Positions 1 to 9,533 of a stretch of 64,000 nucleotides of DNA are shown here, in pieces (position 1 is the first letter of the stretch; each line of letters starts with the position of its first letter). The translations under genes were made by a program, and so were the position numbers. The notes under the pieces are model-generated. The model was given only the letters and a program-made list of their open reading frames with translations. It did no database searches and was not told the origin of the DNA. This DNA is from an uncultured candidate division Zixibacteria bacterium (GTDB taxonomy: Bacteria; Zixibacteria; MSB-5A5; UBA10806; 4484-95): positions 672,001 through 736,000 of the forward strand of contig CAXXKA010000006.1 in NCBI GenBank assembly GCA_963668625.2. The letters are read 5' to 3'.

Positions 1-420
1 CTCGTGTTCCAGATCGGCGCCAATGTTGGCCAGACCGCCAAGATTGGTATTGCCGATATGTCAGCTGACAACCTGGGTAAAAACCTTGGCGGTAACATGT
101 TCTCTAATCTGTCCGAGATCGATGTCACATCCTCACAGGGTGCGCAGGATGCTCAGGAGATTATCGACGCTGCTATTACCGAGGTTACCAATATCAGGGG
201 TACGATGGGTTCGTTCCAGAAGAACACTCTGGAATCCAACCTGACAAACCTCCGTATTGCTGCTCAAAACTTGACCGCTTCGGAGGCTTCAATTCGTGAC
301 ACTGATATGGCTAAAACCATGTCCGAGTTCGTCAAATACCAGATCCTGAACCAGGCTGGCACCGCTATGCTTGCTCAGGGTAACCAGATTCCGCAGACTG
401 TGTTGTCTCTGTTCGGTTAA
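1..420 (+). CDS. fliC: Flagellin, C-terminal part (5' end outside window)
   Basis: C-terminal flagellin motifs FQIGAN, RGTMGSFQKNTLE, NLTASEASIRDTDMA, QAGTAMLAQGNQ; followed by flaG-fliD-fliS. Confidence 0.95.
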   Translation, partial: LVFQIGANVGQTAKIGIADMSADNLGKNLGGNMFSNLSEIDVTSSQGAQDAQEIIDAAITEVTNIRGTMGSFQKNTLESNLTNLRIAAQNLTASEASIRDTDMAKTMSEFVKYQILNQAGTAMLAQGNQIPQTVLSLFG

Positions 421-430
421 TTTTAACTTT

Positions 431-457
431 GAGGGGGACGTTTATAGCGTCCTCCTC
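431..457 (+). terminator. GC-rich hairpin after flagellin (terminator/stabiliser)
   Basis: gagggggacg-tttatag-cgtcctcctc, 10-bp stem; no clear U-tract. Confidence 0.6.
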
Positions 458-480
458 TCCCGTTAAAGGGGGTACTTGAT

Positions 481-891
481 ATGGCAAATGATCTTACTAC
501 CCAACAGGTCGCTGACAGGGCTGTCAAAGGACACAGCCTGGCGTTGGGTGGTGTCGAAAAGGCAAAAGCCCCTGTCAGAAGAGACAATACTGTACAGCAG
601 CCCGTTGACGCCAGGGCGGCTGAACTTGAAGCGATCAAGAAGCAAATGCCTGAGGACACCGAGAAGGTTAAGCAAATGGTCGAAGAAACGGTTGACTATT
701 TCAATAATCTTGTCAAAGAGCTTCAAGTAGATCTGAGGTATGAAGTTGATGATGAAACCGATGAGGTTATCATTAAATTCTTTGAAAAGGGAACAGACAA
801 GTTGATCAGGCAATTCCCGCCTGAGGAAATCATACATCTCAAACAAAGGATCAGTGATCTTCTTGGAATCATCTACGATGAAACGGCTTAA
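481..891 (+). CDS. flaG: Flagellar protein FlaG
   Basis: LRYEVDDETDEVIIK...LIRQFPPEEI...GIIYDETA FlaG signature; lies between fliC and fliD. Confidence 0.92.
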   Translation: MANDLTTQQVADRAVKGHSLALGGVEKAKAPVRRDNTVQQPVDARAAELEAIKKQMPEDTEKVKQMVEETVDYFNNLVKELQVDLRYEVDDETDEVIIKFFEKGTDKLIRQFPPEEIIHLKQRISDLLGIIYDETA

Positions 892-896
892 AACTG

Positions 897-928
897 AGGG
901 GGAATCCCCTAACCAGGGGATTTCCCTT
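897..928 (+). terminator. Hairpin between flaG and fliD
   Basis: aggg-ggaatcccct-aacc-aggggatttccctt, ~14-bp stem. Confidence 0.55.
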
Positions 929-945
929 AATTAAAGGATTGAATT

Positions 946-3276
946 ATGGGTGGAGCTATTGAAGGCATAATCTCGGGATTCAGCACCTCCGAGATGATCG
1001 AGGCCATACTAACATACGAGAGTAACCAAATCTCTCTGGTACAGGCCAGCCAGACTGAAGCTACCAATAAATTAACGACCTGGAAATCTATCGAGGCTTT
1101 AATGGTGAGTATTAAAGCGGATGCGAATTTATTATCCGATAAAAGCCTGTGGTATGCCAAGTCAGCGACTTCATCAAATGAAGATATTATATCCATTAGT
1201 GCAGGCAACGATACCTCGCCGGGCAATTACTTTCTCACCGTCGACCAACTCGCTACTCATCACCAGGTAGCCAGTCAGGGGATATCCTCGCAGACGCAAT
1301 CGTTTGGCTCGGGTACTTTCGAGATTGAGGTGGGCAATGGAACTAAAACGACAATATCTATCGACAACTCGAATAATACTTTAAATTCACTGAAAGATGC
1401 TATTAATGAATCAGGCGCCGGAGTCACTGCGGCGGTTATTAACGACGGTTCCGAATTCAATCAATACAGGTTAGTGCTTACCGCCGATGATTCGGGATCG
1501 GCGGGCGAGATTACTGTCACCACCGATTTATCGGGTGAGACTGTTCCGATTTTCGGTTCGGCTTTCGATTTGCCCGAAAAGCTCTCCTGGAGCGATGAGG
1601 CGACCGCCAATCCTATCCTCACGACCGGTGCGACTTATACTGGTAATGAAAATAAAACATACACATTTACCGTATCCGGAACCGGACAACAGACCATCGG
1701 AGACGGAGATATCGAGGTCGAATGGACCGACGGTACCAACAGCGGCACCATCACGGTCTCGGCTTCCGATACCGACATCGTGCTTACCGGCGACGGCGCT
1801 GACGGCTTATCGTTATATTTCTCGGCCGGCGATTTGATGGCCGGCGATACTTTCCAGGTGCAAACATTTGCGGAGACGATTCAACAAGGGCAGGATGCCC
1901 AGGTTCGTTTGGGTAGCTCCGAGGGTGGTGGTTCGCCCATAGTATTCACTCATTACAGTAATACCATTACCGATCTCATTGACGGCGTAACTCTGAACCT
2001 GAACTCCATAAGCGATGGCGAACAGGTCGAAATAAAAATCGAAGAGGACAGGGATCAGATCAAAAACCAGATCAGCTCATTCGTGCAAAGGTATAACGAA
2101 TACCAGGAATTTATCGACAGCCAGTTCTCATACAGCGAGGATGCCGGCAAAGCGGGATTGCTCTTGGGGGAAACCTCACTGATGCTTCTGCATAACGATA
2201 TAAGATCCACGATCACCAATTCCTTAACCGGTCTTCCCGATGACATGAGGCGACTCGGACAAGCCGGAATCACGTTCGATTCATCCGGCCAGTTGACTTT
2301 CGACTCATCGGTTTTCGATGAAGCCATCGAGGAAGATTTCACCAAATTGATGAACCTCTTCAAGTCCAACGGCGCTACCAATCATGCCGGTATAGAATAT
2401 ATCTCCTCGAGCGGGGTGACTCAGATTTCAACGTCCGGTTATGATGTCAATATTACTCAGGCCGCTACAAAGGGTTCGTATACCGGTACCAGCATCGATA
2501 ATCCGGCGGTATCGCCATTGACTCTGAATGATACCAACAATATGTTTCAGGTGACTATCAACAATATTACCTCGGATGAAATAGAGCTTACCGAGAAAAC
2601 CTACAATTCGGGCGAGGAACTGGCTCAGGAACTCGAGGACAGGATTAACGATGACACTAATGTGTCAGGAATCGGCGTTACCGTGGAGTGGGTCGATGGC
2701 GGCAACAGCGGTAATCTGGTTATTCGTTCGAATACCTACGGCGCAACTTCAACGATTGTCGTGGATGTCGAACCTGAGAACAGCGCTCATCAAATACTTG
2801 GCTTGAAAGAAGGCTCATCCGAGGAAGGGCTGGATGTCGAGGGAACGATAAACGGCGAAAGTGCAACCGGGGTTGGACAATTTTTAACCGGCAACAGCAG
2901 CAATGAAAATACCGCTGATTTGAAATTACTGATAACTTTAACGGAAGCGGATTTAACCGAAGACGCCGAGGGATTGATTTATTTCAATAAGGGCATCGCC
3001 GACGTTTTAAACGATAAGCTGACTAACTACACCGATCCTTACGAAGGCGTTCTTAAAAGCCGTAAGGATTCTATGGAAAAGTCAATAGAAAGCTACGCTG
3101 ACCGTATCACATTCCTATCGGGGCTGATGGAGTCCAAGCGTGAAGCATTGTATACTCAATTCGCTGAAATGGAGTCGGCTCTTGCCGAACTTCAAGTGCA
3201 GGAAGAATATATAACATCAATGACTGAGACCATGAGTAATATTAGTAACTTCAGGGTATCAGGAGGCCGCAGCTAA
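946..3276 (+). CDS. fliD: Flagellar filament cap protein FliD (long, 776 aa)
   Basis: N-term GIISGFSTSEMIEAIL, VDQLAT, SNTITDLIDGVTLNL, C-term LYTQFAEMESALAELQ. Confidence 0.93.
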   Translation: MGGAIEGIISGFSTSEMIEAILTYESNQISLVQASQTEATNKLTTWKSIEALMVSIKADANLLSDKSLWYAKSATSSNEDIISISAGNDTSPGNYFLTVDQLATHHQVASQGISSQTQSFGSGTFEIEVGNGTKTTISIDNSNNTLNSLKDAINESGAGVTAAVINDGSEFNQYRLVLTADDSGSAGEITVTTDLSGETVPIFGSAFDLPEKLSWSDEATANPILTTGATYTGNENKTYTFTVSGTGQQTIGDGDIEVEWTDGTNSGTITVSASDTDIVLTGDGADGLSLYFSAGDLMAGDTFQVQTFAETIQQGQDAQVRLGSSEGGGSPIVFTHYSNTITDLIDGVTLNLNSISDGEQVEIKIEEDRDQIKNQISSFVQRYNEYQEFIDSQFSYSEDAGKAGLLLGETSLMLLHNDIRSTITNSLTGLPDDMRRLGQAGITFDSSGQLTFDSSVFDEAIEEDFTKLMNLFKSNGATNHAGIEYISSSGVTQISTSGYDVNITQAATKGSYTGTSIDNPAVSPLTLNDTNNMFQVTINNITSDEIELTEKTYNSGEELAQELEDRINDDTNVSGIGVTVEWVDGGNSGNLVIRSNTYGATSTIVVDVEPENSAHQILGLKEGSSEEGLDVEGTINGESATGVGQFLTGNSSNENTADLKLLITLTEADLTEDAEGLIYFNKGIADVLNDKLTNYTDPYEGVLKSRKDSMEKSIESYADRITFLSGLMESKREALYTQFAEMESALAELQVQEEYITSMTETMSNISNFRVSGGRS

Positions 3277-3283
3277 GGAGCAT

Positions 3284-3718
3284 ATGGACAAACAAGTAAA
3301 AACATATCAGCAGATGCATGTCTCGGGTCTTAACCAGAAAGAGCTTATCGTAATGCTCTATTCCGGGGCATTGAAATTCATCGAAGAGGGTAAACAGATC
3401 ATTCACACCAATGATATACCCGGGATTCATGATAAGCTTAATCGAGCGAGGAATATTTTCATTCATCTCCTCGCGACCCTGGATTTGGAAAGGGGCGGTG
3501 AATTGGCGCAGAAACTGTCCTCGCTTTACGCATATTTCATAGAAAAGATCACCGTTGCCAATGTCACTAAAAAGGAAAAGGATCTGGATGAGATTATACC
3601 TCTGATTCAGAGCATCAAGGAATCGTGGGAGAATCTGGATTTGAAAAACGCTGATGTCGATGATCATCATAAAACAACGTCCATCAATACTAAGCAAGTA
3701 TTGTCTCTGGAGGTTTAG
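3284..3718 (+). CDS. fliS: Flagellin chaperone FliS
   Basis: ELIVMLYSGALKF...LDLERGGELAQKLSSLYAY...IKESWE. Confidence 0.95.
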   Translation: MDKQVKTYQQMHVSGLNQKELIVMLYSGALKFIEEGKQIIHTNDIPGIHDKLNRARNIFIHLLATLDLERGGELAQKLSSLYAYFIEKITVANVTKKEKDLDEIIPLIQSIKESWENLDLKNADVDDHHKTTSINTKQVLSLEV

Positions 3719-4104
3719 TGCAGGAGAATCTTGAAAAAGTAAAACGGATATTTATCCAGAAGATCGATACTGTTTCTAAAATCGAAAAAAGGCTTTCCGA
3801 GGAATTGAAAAGAAACAGGGATAATTCATGGGGCGTATCCGTAATAAATGAGGTGGGAGTACATTTTAACAGGTTAAGGGATCTGGATAGAGAACATAAC
3901 GAAATCGAGTGGATACGGATCGTCGGCTCGGATACGGAAACCCTCAAACTGGCGAATAAACTTCAAACCTCCATGCGGGATGTCAAAAAATTGATGTCGA
4001 TTTTCAGGATGAAAATCAAGGGTGGGCAGGAGATTGTCAAAGGCGAATTAAGAAAGATAGTGAAAGCTAAGAAGGTAAATAGATATAAATCAATGTATGT
4101 TTAA
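3718..4104 (+). CDS. Hypothetical helical protein (FliT/FlgN-like chaperone by position)
   Basis: GTG start overlaps fliS stop; helical and basic; C-terminal KKVNRY resembles FliT/FlgN ends. Confidence 0.55.
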   Translation: MQENLEKVKRIFIQKIDTVSKIEKRLSEELKRNRDNSWGVSVINEVGVHFNRLRDLDREHNEIEWIRIVGSDTETLKLANKLQTSMRDVKKLMSIFRMKIKGGQEIVKGELRKIVKAKKVNRYKSMYV

Positions 4105-4131
4105 ACAGGGGAATCACAGGGCGAAACGTAT

Positions 4132-4158
4132 TAAAGTTTCAAGCGCCTGATCCGATAT
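4132..4158 (+). promoter_or_regulatory. sigma28 (FliA) promoter upstream of flgM-like gene
   Basis: TAAA-N15-TCCGATAT against consensus TAAA-N15-GCCGATAA; extended -35 TAAAGTTT. Confidence 0.8.
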
Positions 4159-4176
4159 AGGGAGAAGAGGTGCTTT

Positions 4177-4662
4177 ATGAAGATTGAAGGAATGGGGATT
4201 CCGCAACAACCGGATCCCAAAGGAAAAAAGATAAAAGAAACCAAGCAGGCCGAGAAGTCACAAGAGACTCAAAAGCCGGTTTCTGATTCTGTTGAGCTTA
4301 ATAAAGGCAAAAAACAGATACAAAACGCCGGGTATTCGCAGCAAATAGCAAAGGGAGGAGCCTCGGATATCGCTTCAAAGAAGGATTTATCCGAACTCAA
4401 AGACAGAACAGCTAACGGGTATTACGATAAGCGGGAAATTAGAGAAGAAACTTCCGAAAAACTCATTGACAGCAATGAGCTTAAGGACGTTGTCAAAGAA
4501 TATCATTTATCCAATCTTTCCAAAGAGATTTTGTCGAAGGATTCCGATATACGCCACGAACGGGTTGCGGATGCTAAGCAGAGGATAGCCCAGGGTTATT
4601 ACGATGATCCTCAAAATTACGGGAACATTGCTGATAAAATCATGAATCATTTTGGGCTCTAA
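4177..4662 (+). CDS. flgM: Anti-sigma28 factor FlgM-like protein with duplicated C-terminal module
   Basis: DSVELN motif; RHERVADAKQRIAQGYY...IADKIM; second copy ELKDRTANGYY...TSEKLI; sigma28 promoter upstream. Confidence 0.72.
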   Translation: MKIEGMGIPQQPDPKGKKIKETKQAEKSQETQKPVSDSVELNKGKKQIQNAGYSQQIAKGGASDIASKKDLSELKDRTANGYYDKREIREETSEKLIDSNELKDVVKEYHLSNLSKEILSKDSDIRHERVADAKQRIAQGYYDDPQNYGNIADKIMNHFGL

Positions 4663-4695
4663 TTGAACTATTATTTAGCAGCAAGGAATAATTAA

Positions 4696-5598
4696 ATGCC
4701 TGATATTTCAGCTCCATCCGAAAAAAAAATTAAGCTTATAGTTAATCGTATTCATAATCTTCCGACTCCGCCAATCGTGTTTACGGAGGTAAATAAGGTA
4801 CTCAGTGATCCGAAAACTTCTGCTTATCAAATCGGAGCTATCATATCGGAAGACCCGGCGCTATCGGCCAAAGTCCTGAAATTAACCAATTCATCGTTTT
4901 ACGGTATTCCCAGAACCATTAACAGTGTCAAACAGGCGATCGTAATTCTGGGGTTGGATGTTGTCAGGAGTCTGGTACTCTCGGCCTCCGTATTCGAGGC
5001 GTTTTCCAAGCAATATAAAATCGAGGCTAACTATCTGGATGAGTTCTGGCGTCATTCGCTATCGGTGGCTTTTATGGCCAGGATAATATCCAGGATGAAA
5101 AATTTTCCGTCGTTCCTCGAGGCCGAGGAGTCTTTCTCCGCCGGTTTGTTGCACGATATCGGCAAGCTGGTGATGTTCGCTCATATGCCGGAAAAGTACA
5201 GTGAAATCCAGCAAATGCTCAAACAGAGCCCCTGGCAGGAATCAAGCGGTATCGAGGAGGAGTTGCTCGAATTCGATCACTCTATGGTCGGTTACTACCT
5301 GGGTGAAAAATGGAATCTGCCTGCCGGACTGGCGAACTCTATCAGATATCATCATAATCCCGAGGATGAGGAAGAACAGAGTCTGACTACATATATAATT
5401 CATCTCTCCAACTACCTTACACGGAAAGCCGAATTAGAGGACTCGCAGGTCGAACTGGGAGAAAATGAAATTTATTGCTCGCCCCAGGCCTGGGAAAAAC
5501 TCGGCATTGACCCCGATCAGGAAGAGAATATGATTCAGTTGCTCAGGACCGAGTATATGAAAGCTGAAACGTTCTTGAACATGGCTCGTGGAACCTGA
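4696..5598 (+). CDS. HDOD domain protein
   Basis: [46 protein letters not shown]. Confidence 0.92.
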   Translation: MPDISAPSEKKIKLIVNRIHNLPTPPIVFTEVNKVLSDPKTSAYQIGAIISEDPALSAKVLKLTNSSFYGIPRTINSVKQAIVILGLDVVRSLVLSASVFEAFSKQYKIEANYLDEFWRHSLSVAFMARIISRMKNFPSFLEAEESFSAGLLHDIGKLVMFAHMPEKYSEIQQMLKQSPWQESSGIEEELLEFDHSMVGYYLGEKWNLPAGLANSIRYHHNPEDEEEQSLTTYIIHLSNYLTRKAELEDSQVELGENEIYCSPQAWEKLGIDPDQEENMIQLLRTEYMKAETFLNMARGT

Positions 5599-5972
5599 TG
5601 TTTACCACAATCACGGAACATCAAAAACAGATTATAAAAGAACTGGTCGATGAGATCATCGTTAATCGTGGCATATTAAAGGTGCGACAGCATCTAAATA
5701 ATGTCGATGGTATGAAAGCCGATGAGTTGCACCGTCAGGCTTTTAGATATTATAAAATGATAATGCGGGGGGAAAGCCCGCTGGATATCGATAGGCATCA
5801 TGAGCATAAATTTCCGGTTAAAGATTCTCAAACCGCTATTTTGCCGAATTCTTGCATTGGATGCAATCAATCTCTCAGCGAAAACGATATAAAATCGAAT
5901 ATGCCGGTTTGTGTCGCCTGCCGGGCCAAAGTAAAGGTCGACTACGAGATTCTACGTGAGTTATTCCATTAG
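5598..5972 (+). CDS. Hypothetical protein with C-terminal zinc ribbon
   Basis: CIGC-x14-CVAC; start overlaps the HDOD stop. Confidence 0.65.
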   Translation: MFTTITEHQKQIIKELVDEIIVNRGILKVRQHLNNVDGMKADELHRQAFRYYKMIMRGESPLDIDRHHEHKFPVKDSQTAILPNSCIGCNQSLSENDIKSNMPVCVACRAKVKVDYEILRELFH

Positions 5973-6174
5973 AAATTGTCTCTAAGACTATGTATATAAT
6001 ATTGTTAGAAGTGCCGTCGAGTAACCCCGACTAGGGGAGAAGGTTACTATTTCTATTAATTTTTATGGTTTTTTTCCGAACTATTCCTTATAGATATTGT
6101 TTATTAAGTCGAAAAGGCTAATTTTTACTTGACTGTTGGCGACGAATAATTATTATTCCAAGCGACAAGGAGAT

Positions 6175-6251
6175 GGGCGATTAGCTCAGTTGGTTAGAGT
6201 GCTTGCTTGACATGCAAGAGGTCACTGGTTCAATTCCAGTATCGCCCACCA
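6175..6251 (+). tRNA. tRNA-Val(GAC)
   Basis: Cloverleaf gggcgatt...atcgccc-acca; anticodon arm cttgc-tt-GAC-at-gcaag; GGTTCAA T-loop; encoded CCA. Confidence 0.97.
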
Positions 6252-6302
6252 TTTTCGAAAATAAAAAATTGTGATTTAAGACTATTTGAAATAATTTGAT
6301 CT

Positions 6303-6333
6303 GACCATCCTCAACGAGGGGTGGTCTATTTTT
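6303..6333 (+). terminator. Intrinsic terminator after tRNA-Val
   Basis: gaccatcctc-aac-gaggggtggtc followed by a T tract. Confidence 0.65.
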
Positions 6334-6345
6334 AATTGGATTAAA

Positions 6346-8277
6346 ATGAAAATTACCTTTCCGGATAAATCAGTAAAAGAATTCGACCGGGGTACCACCG
6401 CCTTGCAGGTGGCCGAATCGATCAGCTCACGCTTGAGGAAAGAAGCGCTGGTTGCCGAGGCAAACGGTCGAATGATAGATCTCAGCCGGCCTTTGAACGA
6501 GGATACCGAGCTGAATATCTATACCTATAAAGATGCTAAGGGGCAGGAGGCATTCTGGCACTCCTCGGCTCACCTTATGGCATCGGCAATAATGAAGCTG
6601 TTCCCCGAGGCGAAACTCGCTATCGGGCCGGCTATCCCCGATGATTTCTCTGCTAAATTCTACTATGATATCGACCTTGATCATAAGCTCAGTGAATCCG
6701 ATCTCGAGGCTATCGAGGCCGAGATGCAGAAAATAGTCAAAGAGGATCAAGTCTACCAGCGCAAAGAGATGCCCAGAGCAGAGGCAATTGCCTATATAAA
6801 GGAACGTGATTCCAACGATCGCTACAAACTCGAGATGGCCGGAGAGTTCGAGGATGAGACCCTTACTTTCTACTCTCATGGCGATTTTATCGATATGTGT
6901 CGCGGCCCGCATATACCATCCACCGGCAAGATTAAAGCATTCAAGCTCTTAACCGTAGCCGGCGCGTACTGGCGCGGGGATGAGAAGAACAAAATGCTTC
7001 AGCGAATCTACGGCGTATCGTTCCCCTCCAAAAAGCTTCTGGATGAGCATCTGGGGCGAATAGAGGAAGCTAAAAAACGTGACCACCGTGTGGTAGGCAA
7101 GGCTCTCGATCTGTTTTCGATAGCCGAGAATATCGGGCCCGGTCTGGTGTTATGGCATCCAAAAGGCGCGATTATCAGGAACTTGATAGAAACTACCTGG
7201 AAAGATATGCATATCAGGGATGGTTACGACCTGGTTTATACGCCTCATATGGCGCGTTTAAAACTCTGGGAGATTTCCGGTCACGCCGATTTTTACACTG
7301 AGAACATGTTCAAACCTAACGAGGTTGAGGGTGATCTCTACCAGATCAAGCCGATGAATTGCCCGTTTCATATAGAGATATATAGAGGTGATATCCGGTC
7401 GTTCCGTGATCTGCCGATTAAATATGCCGAGTTAGGCTCGGACTATCGCTATGAGCGCTCAGGTGTTCTTCACGGCCTGATGAGGGTACGCGGTTTTACC
7501 ATGGATGACGCTCATATATTCTGTACTCCCGAACAGATTCATGAACAGATACTAGAGGTATGCGATCTGTCAATAGAGATGCTGAAACTTTATGGTTTCA
7601 ATGATTTTCACATATACCTCTCGACCCGACCCGAGAAATATGTCGGAGAGCCCGAACAGTGGGATATGGCCGAGGATGCGCTGAGAAAAGCCCTGGAGGA
7701 ACGTAAATTCGAATATGATGTCGATGAGGGCGGTGGCGCGTTCTACGGTCCGAAAATCGATATCAAAATAAAAGATTCCATCGGTCGCCTCTGGCAATGT
7801 TCGACTATACAGTTCGATTTCAATCTACCCGATAGATTCGATATATCGTATGTCGACAGCGACAACAAAGCCAAACGACCATATATGGTTCATCGCGCTA
7901 TATTAGGCTCGCTGGAGAGGTTTTTCGGAGTGCTGATAGAGCATTACGGCGGCGATTTCCCGATTTGGCTTGCTCCAGTGCAGGTGCGGGTGCTGCCGGT
8001 TGTCGATGAGGTAAACGAATACGCCGATGAACTGGTCGAGTTTTTCAAATCGGCTGGAGTTCGCGTCGAATCCGATTTGCGCAATGAGAAAATAGGTTAT
8101 AAAATACGAGAGGCTGAAACCGGTAAAATTCCGTATATGTTGATAGTCGGAAAAAAAGAGCTTCAAGAAGGTATAGTTTCCGTCCGAAAACATAAACAGG
8201 GTGATACTGGATCATTCGATCCTAAAGAGGTGTTAGCCGAGGTGTTAAGAAAGATAAAGACCAAAACGGTTGATTAG
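6346..8277 (+). CDS. thrS: Threonine--tRNA ligase
   Basis: TGS domain, HSSAHL, DMCRGPH, KRDHR, KPMNCP, RYERSG, MVHRA. Confidence 0.99.
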   Translation: MKITFPDKSVKEFDRGTTALQVAESISSRLRKEALVAEANGRMIDLSRPLNEDTELNIYTYKDAKGQEAFWHSSAHLMASAIMKLFPEAKLAIGPAIPDDFSAKFYYDIDLDHKLSESDLEAIEAEMQKIVKEDQVYQRKEMPRAEAIAYIKERDSNDRYKLEMAGEFEDETLTFYSHGDFIDMCRGPHIPSTGKIKAFKLLTVAGAYWRGDEKNKMLQRIYGVSFPSKKLLDEHLGRIEEAKKRDHRVVGKALDLFSIAENIGPGLVLWHPKGAIIRNLIETTWKDMHIRDGYDLVYTPHMARLKLWEISGHADFYTENMFKPNEVEGDLYQIKPMNCPFHIEIYRGDIRSFRDLPIKYAELGSDYRYERSGVLHGLMRVRGFTMDDAHIFCTPEQIHEQILEVCDLSIEMLKLYGFNDFHIYLSTRPEKYVGEPEQWDMAEDALRKALEERKFEYDVDEGGGAFYGPKIDIKIKDSIGRLWQCSTIQFDFNLPDRFDISYVDSDNKAKRPYMVHRAILGSLERFFGVLIEHYGGDFPIWLAPVQVRVLPVVDEVNEYADELVEFFKSAGVRVESDLRNEKIGYKIREAETGKIPYMLIVGKKELQEGIVSVRKHKQGDTGSFDPKEVLAEVLRKIKTKTVD

Positions 8278-8288
8278 GAGGAATTTTA

Positions 8289-8810
8289 ATAGTTAAGGGA
8301 CAAGGTCCGCGAACACGGATCAACGAAAAAGTGCGCGCCCCGGAAGTTAGACTGATTAATTCTGACGGCAAGCAAGTAGGGATTGTGAGTTCACGAGAAG
8401 CGCTGGATATTGCCCGCGAACAAGAACTCGATCTGGTTGAAATAGCAGCCAACGCAAAACCGCCGGTCTGCAAAATCATGGATTATGGAAAATACCAGTA
8501 CGAGCAGACCAAGAAAGCTAAAGAAGCGAAGAAAAAGCAACACACAATTACTGTTAAGGAGATGCGTTTCCGGCCTAAAACAGAGGAACATGACTATAAC
8601 TTCAAGCTTAAGCATATTAGGTCTTTCCTCGAACAGGGGAATAAAGTTAAGGTGTTCGTCCAGTTTAAGGGTCGCGAGCTAGCTCATAAAGAGTTGGGCG
8701 CCAAGATATTAGACCGGGTTAAGGAAGACCTGAGCGATATTGCTGATCCTGAAACTAATTCGGTCTGGGAGGGCCGGAGAATGTCCCTTATCTTCAACCC
8801 TAAGAAGTAA
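8289..8810 (+). CDS. infC: Translation initiation factor IF-3 (probable ATA start at 8289)
   Basis: RINEKVRAPEVRLI, PPVCKIMDYGK; AGGAGG (8276-8281) lies 7 nt before an in-frame ATA; the ORF-track GTG start truncates the conserved RIN motif. Confidence 0.95.
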   Translation: MVKGQGPRTRINEKVRAPEVRLINSDGKQVGIVSSREALDIAREQELDLVEIAANAKPPVCKIMDYGKYQYEQTKKAKEAKKKQHTITVKEMRFRPKTEEHDYNFKLKHIRSFLEQGNKVKVFVQFKGRELAHKELGAKILDRVKEDLSDIADPETNSVWEGRRMSLIFNPKK

Positions 8811-8860
8811 ATAAGCCATCTGTTTAATAAACTAGTTTAATTAAAATGGCTTATTTTTTG

Positions 8861-8889
8861 TTGCGTAATAAATTGTTTTGATATATATT
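8861..8889 (+). promoter_or_regulatory. sigma70-like promoter for rpmI-rplT
   Basis: TTGCGT-N17-TATATT. Confidence 0.5.
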
Positions 8890-8913
8890 GCGCCCTCAAA
8901 ATGGGAGACAGAG

Positions 8914-9111
8914 ATGCCAAAAATTAAGACAAATAGATCGGCGGCTAAGAGGTTTAAGAGAACCGGCTCCGGAAAAGTAAAACGGAATCACCAAAACCTC
9001 AGTCATATCCTGACTAAAAAGCCGAAAAAACGTAAACGTCACTTGAGAAAGTCTGAAATCGTCGTTAAGGCCGACATGAAGCGTGTCGACCGGATGATTC
9101 CTTATAAGTAA
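8914..9111 (+). CDS. rpmI: 50S ribosomal protein L35
   Basis: [21 protein letters not shown]; ATG 8914 with GGGAG upstream. Confidence 0.97.
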   Translation: MPKIKTNRSAAKRFKRTGSGKVKRNHQNLSHILTKKPKKRKRHLRKSEIVVKADMKRVDRMIPYK

Positions 9112-9123
9112 TAGGGAGTATTA

Positions 9124-9474
9124 ATGCCACGTGCGACTAATAATGTAGCTGCCAACAGACGCCACAGAAAAGTTCTGAAAGCGGCTAAAGGCAATTATGG
9201 TGGTAGGAGCAAACTGTATCGTACCGCCAAAGAGACAGTCCAAAAAGGCAGAGACTATGCCTATCGCGACCGTCGTAACCGTAAAAGAGATTTCCGCAGA
9301 CTTTGGATAATAAGGATTAACGCTGCCGTAAGGATGCATGGTATGAGCTATTCGAGGTTTATCGATGGCTTGAATAAAGCCGGCATCACATTAGACCGAA
9401 AGATACTGGCCGATCTGGCTGTCAGGGATTCCGGTGCTTTTGGGCAGTTGGTTGAGACTATAAAAGCCGGCTAA
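9124..9474 (+). CDS. rplT: 50S ribosomal protein L20
   Basis: [36 protein letters not shown]. Confidence 0.98.
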   Translation: MPRATNNVAANRRHRKVLKAAKGNYGGRSKLYRTAKETVQKGRDYAYRDRRNRKRDFRRLWIIRINAAVRMHGMSYSRFIDGLNKAGITLDRKILADLAVRDSGAFGQLVETIKAG

Positions 9475-9533
9475 ATGCCGGAATCTCTTTAGTCATTAAC
9501 ATATATTTAGGATATTTCCGTAATTATTAATAG

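Noticed and set aside
6252-6345. T-box leader before thrS (also before pheS)
   Set aside because: Intergenic regions are under 100 bp with no AGGGTGGNACCGCG motif; the hairpin is better explained as the tRNA terminator
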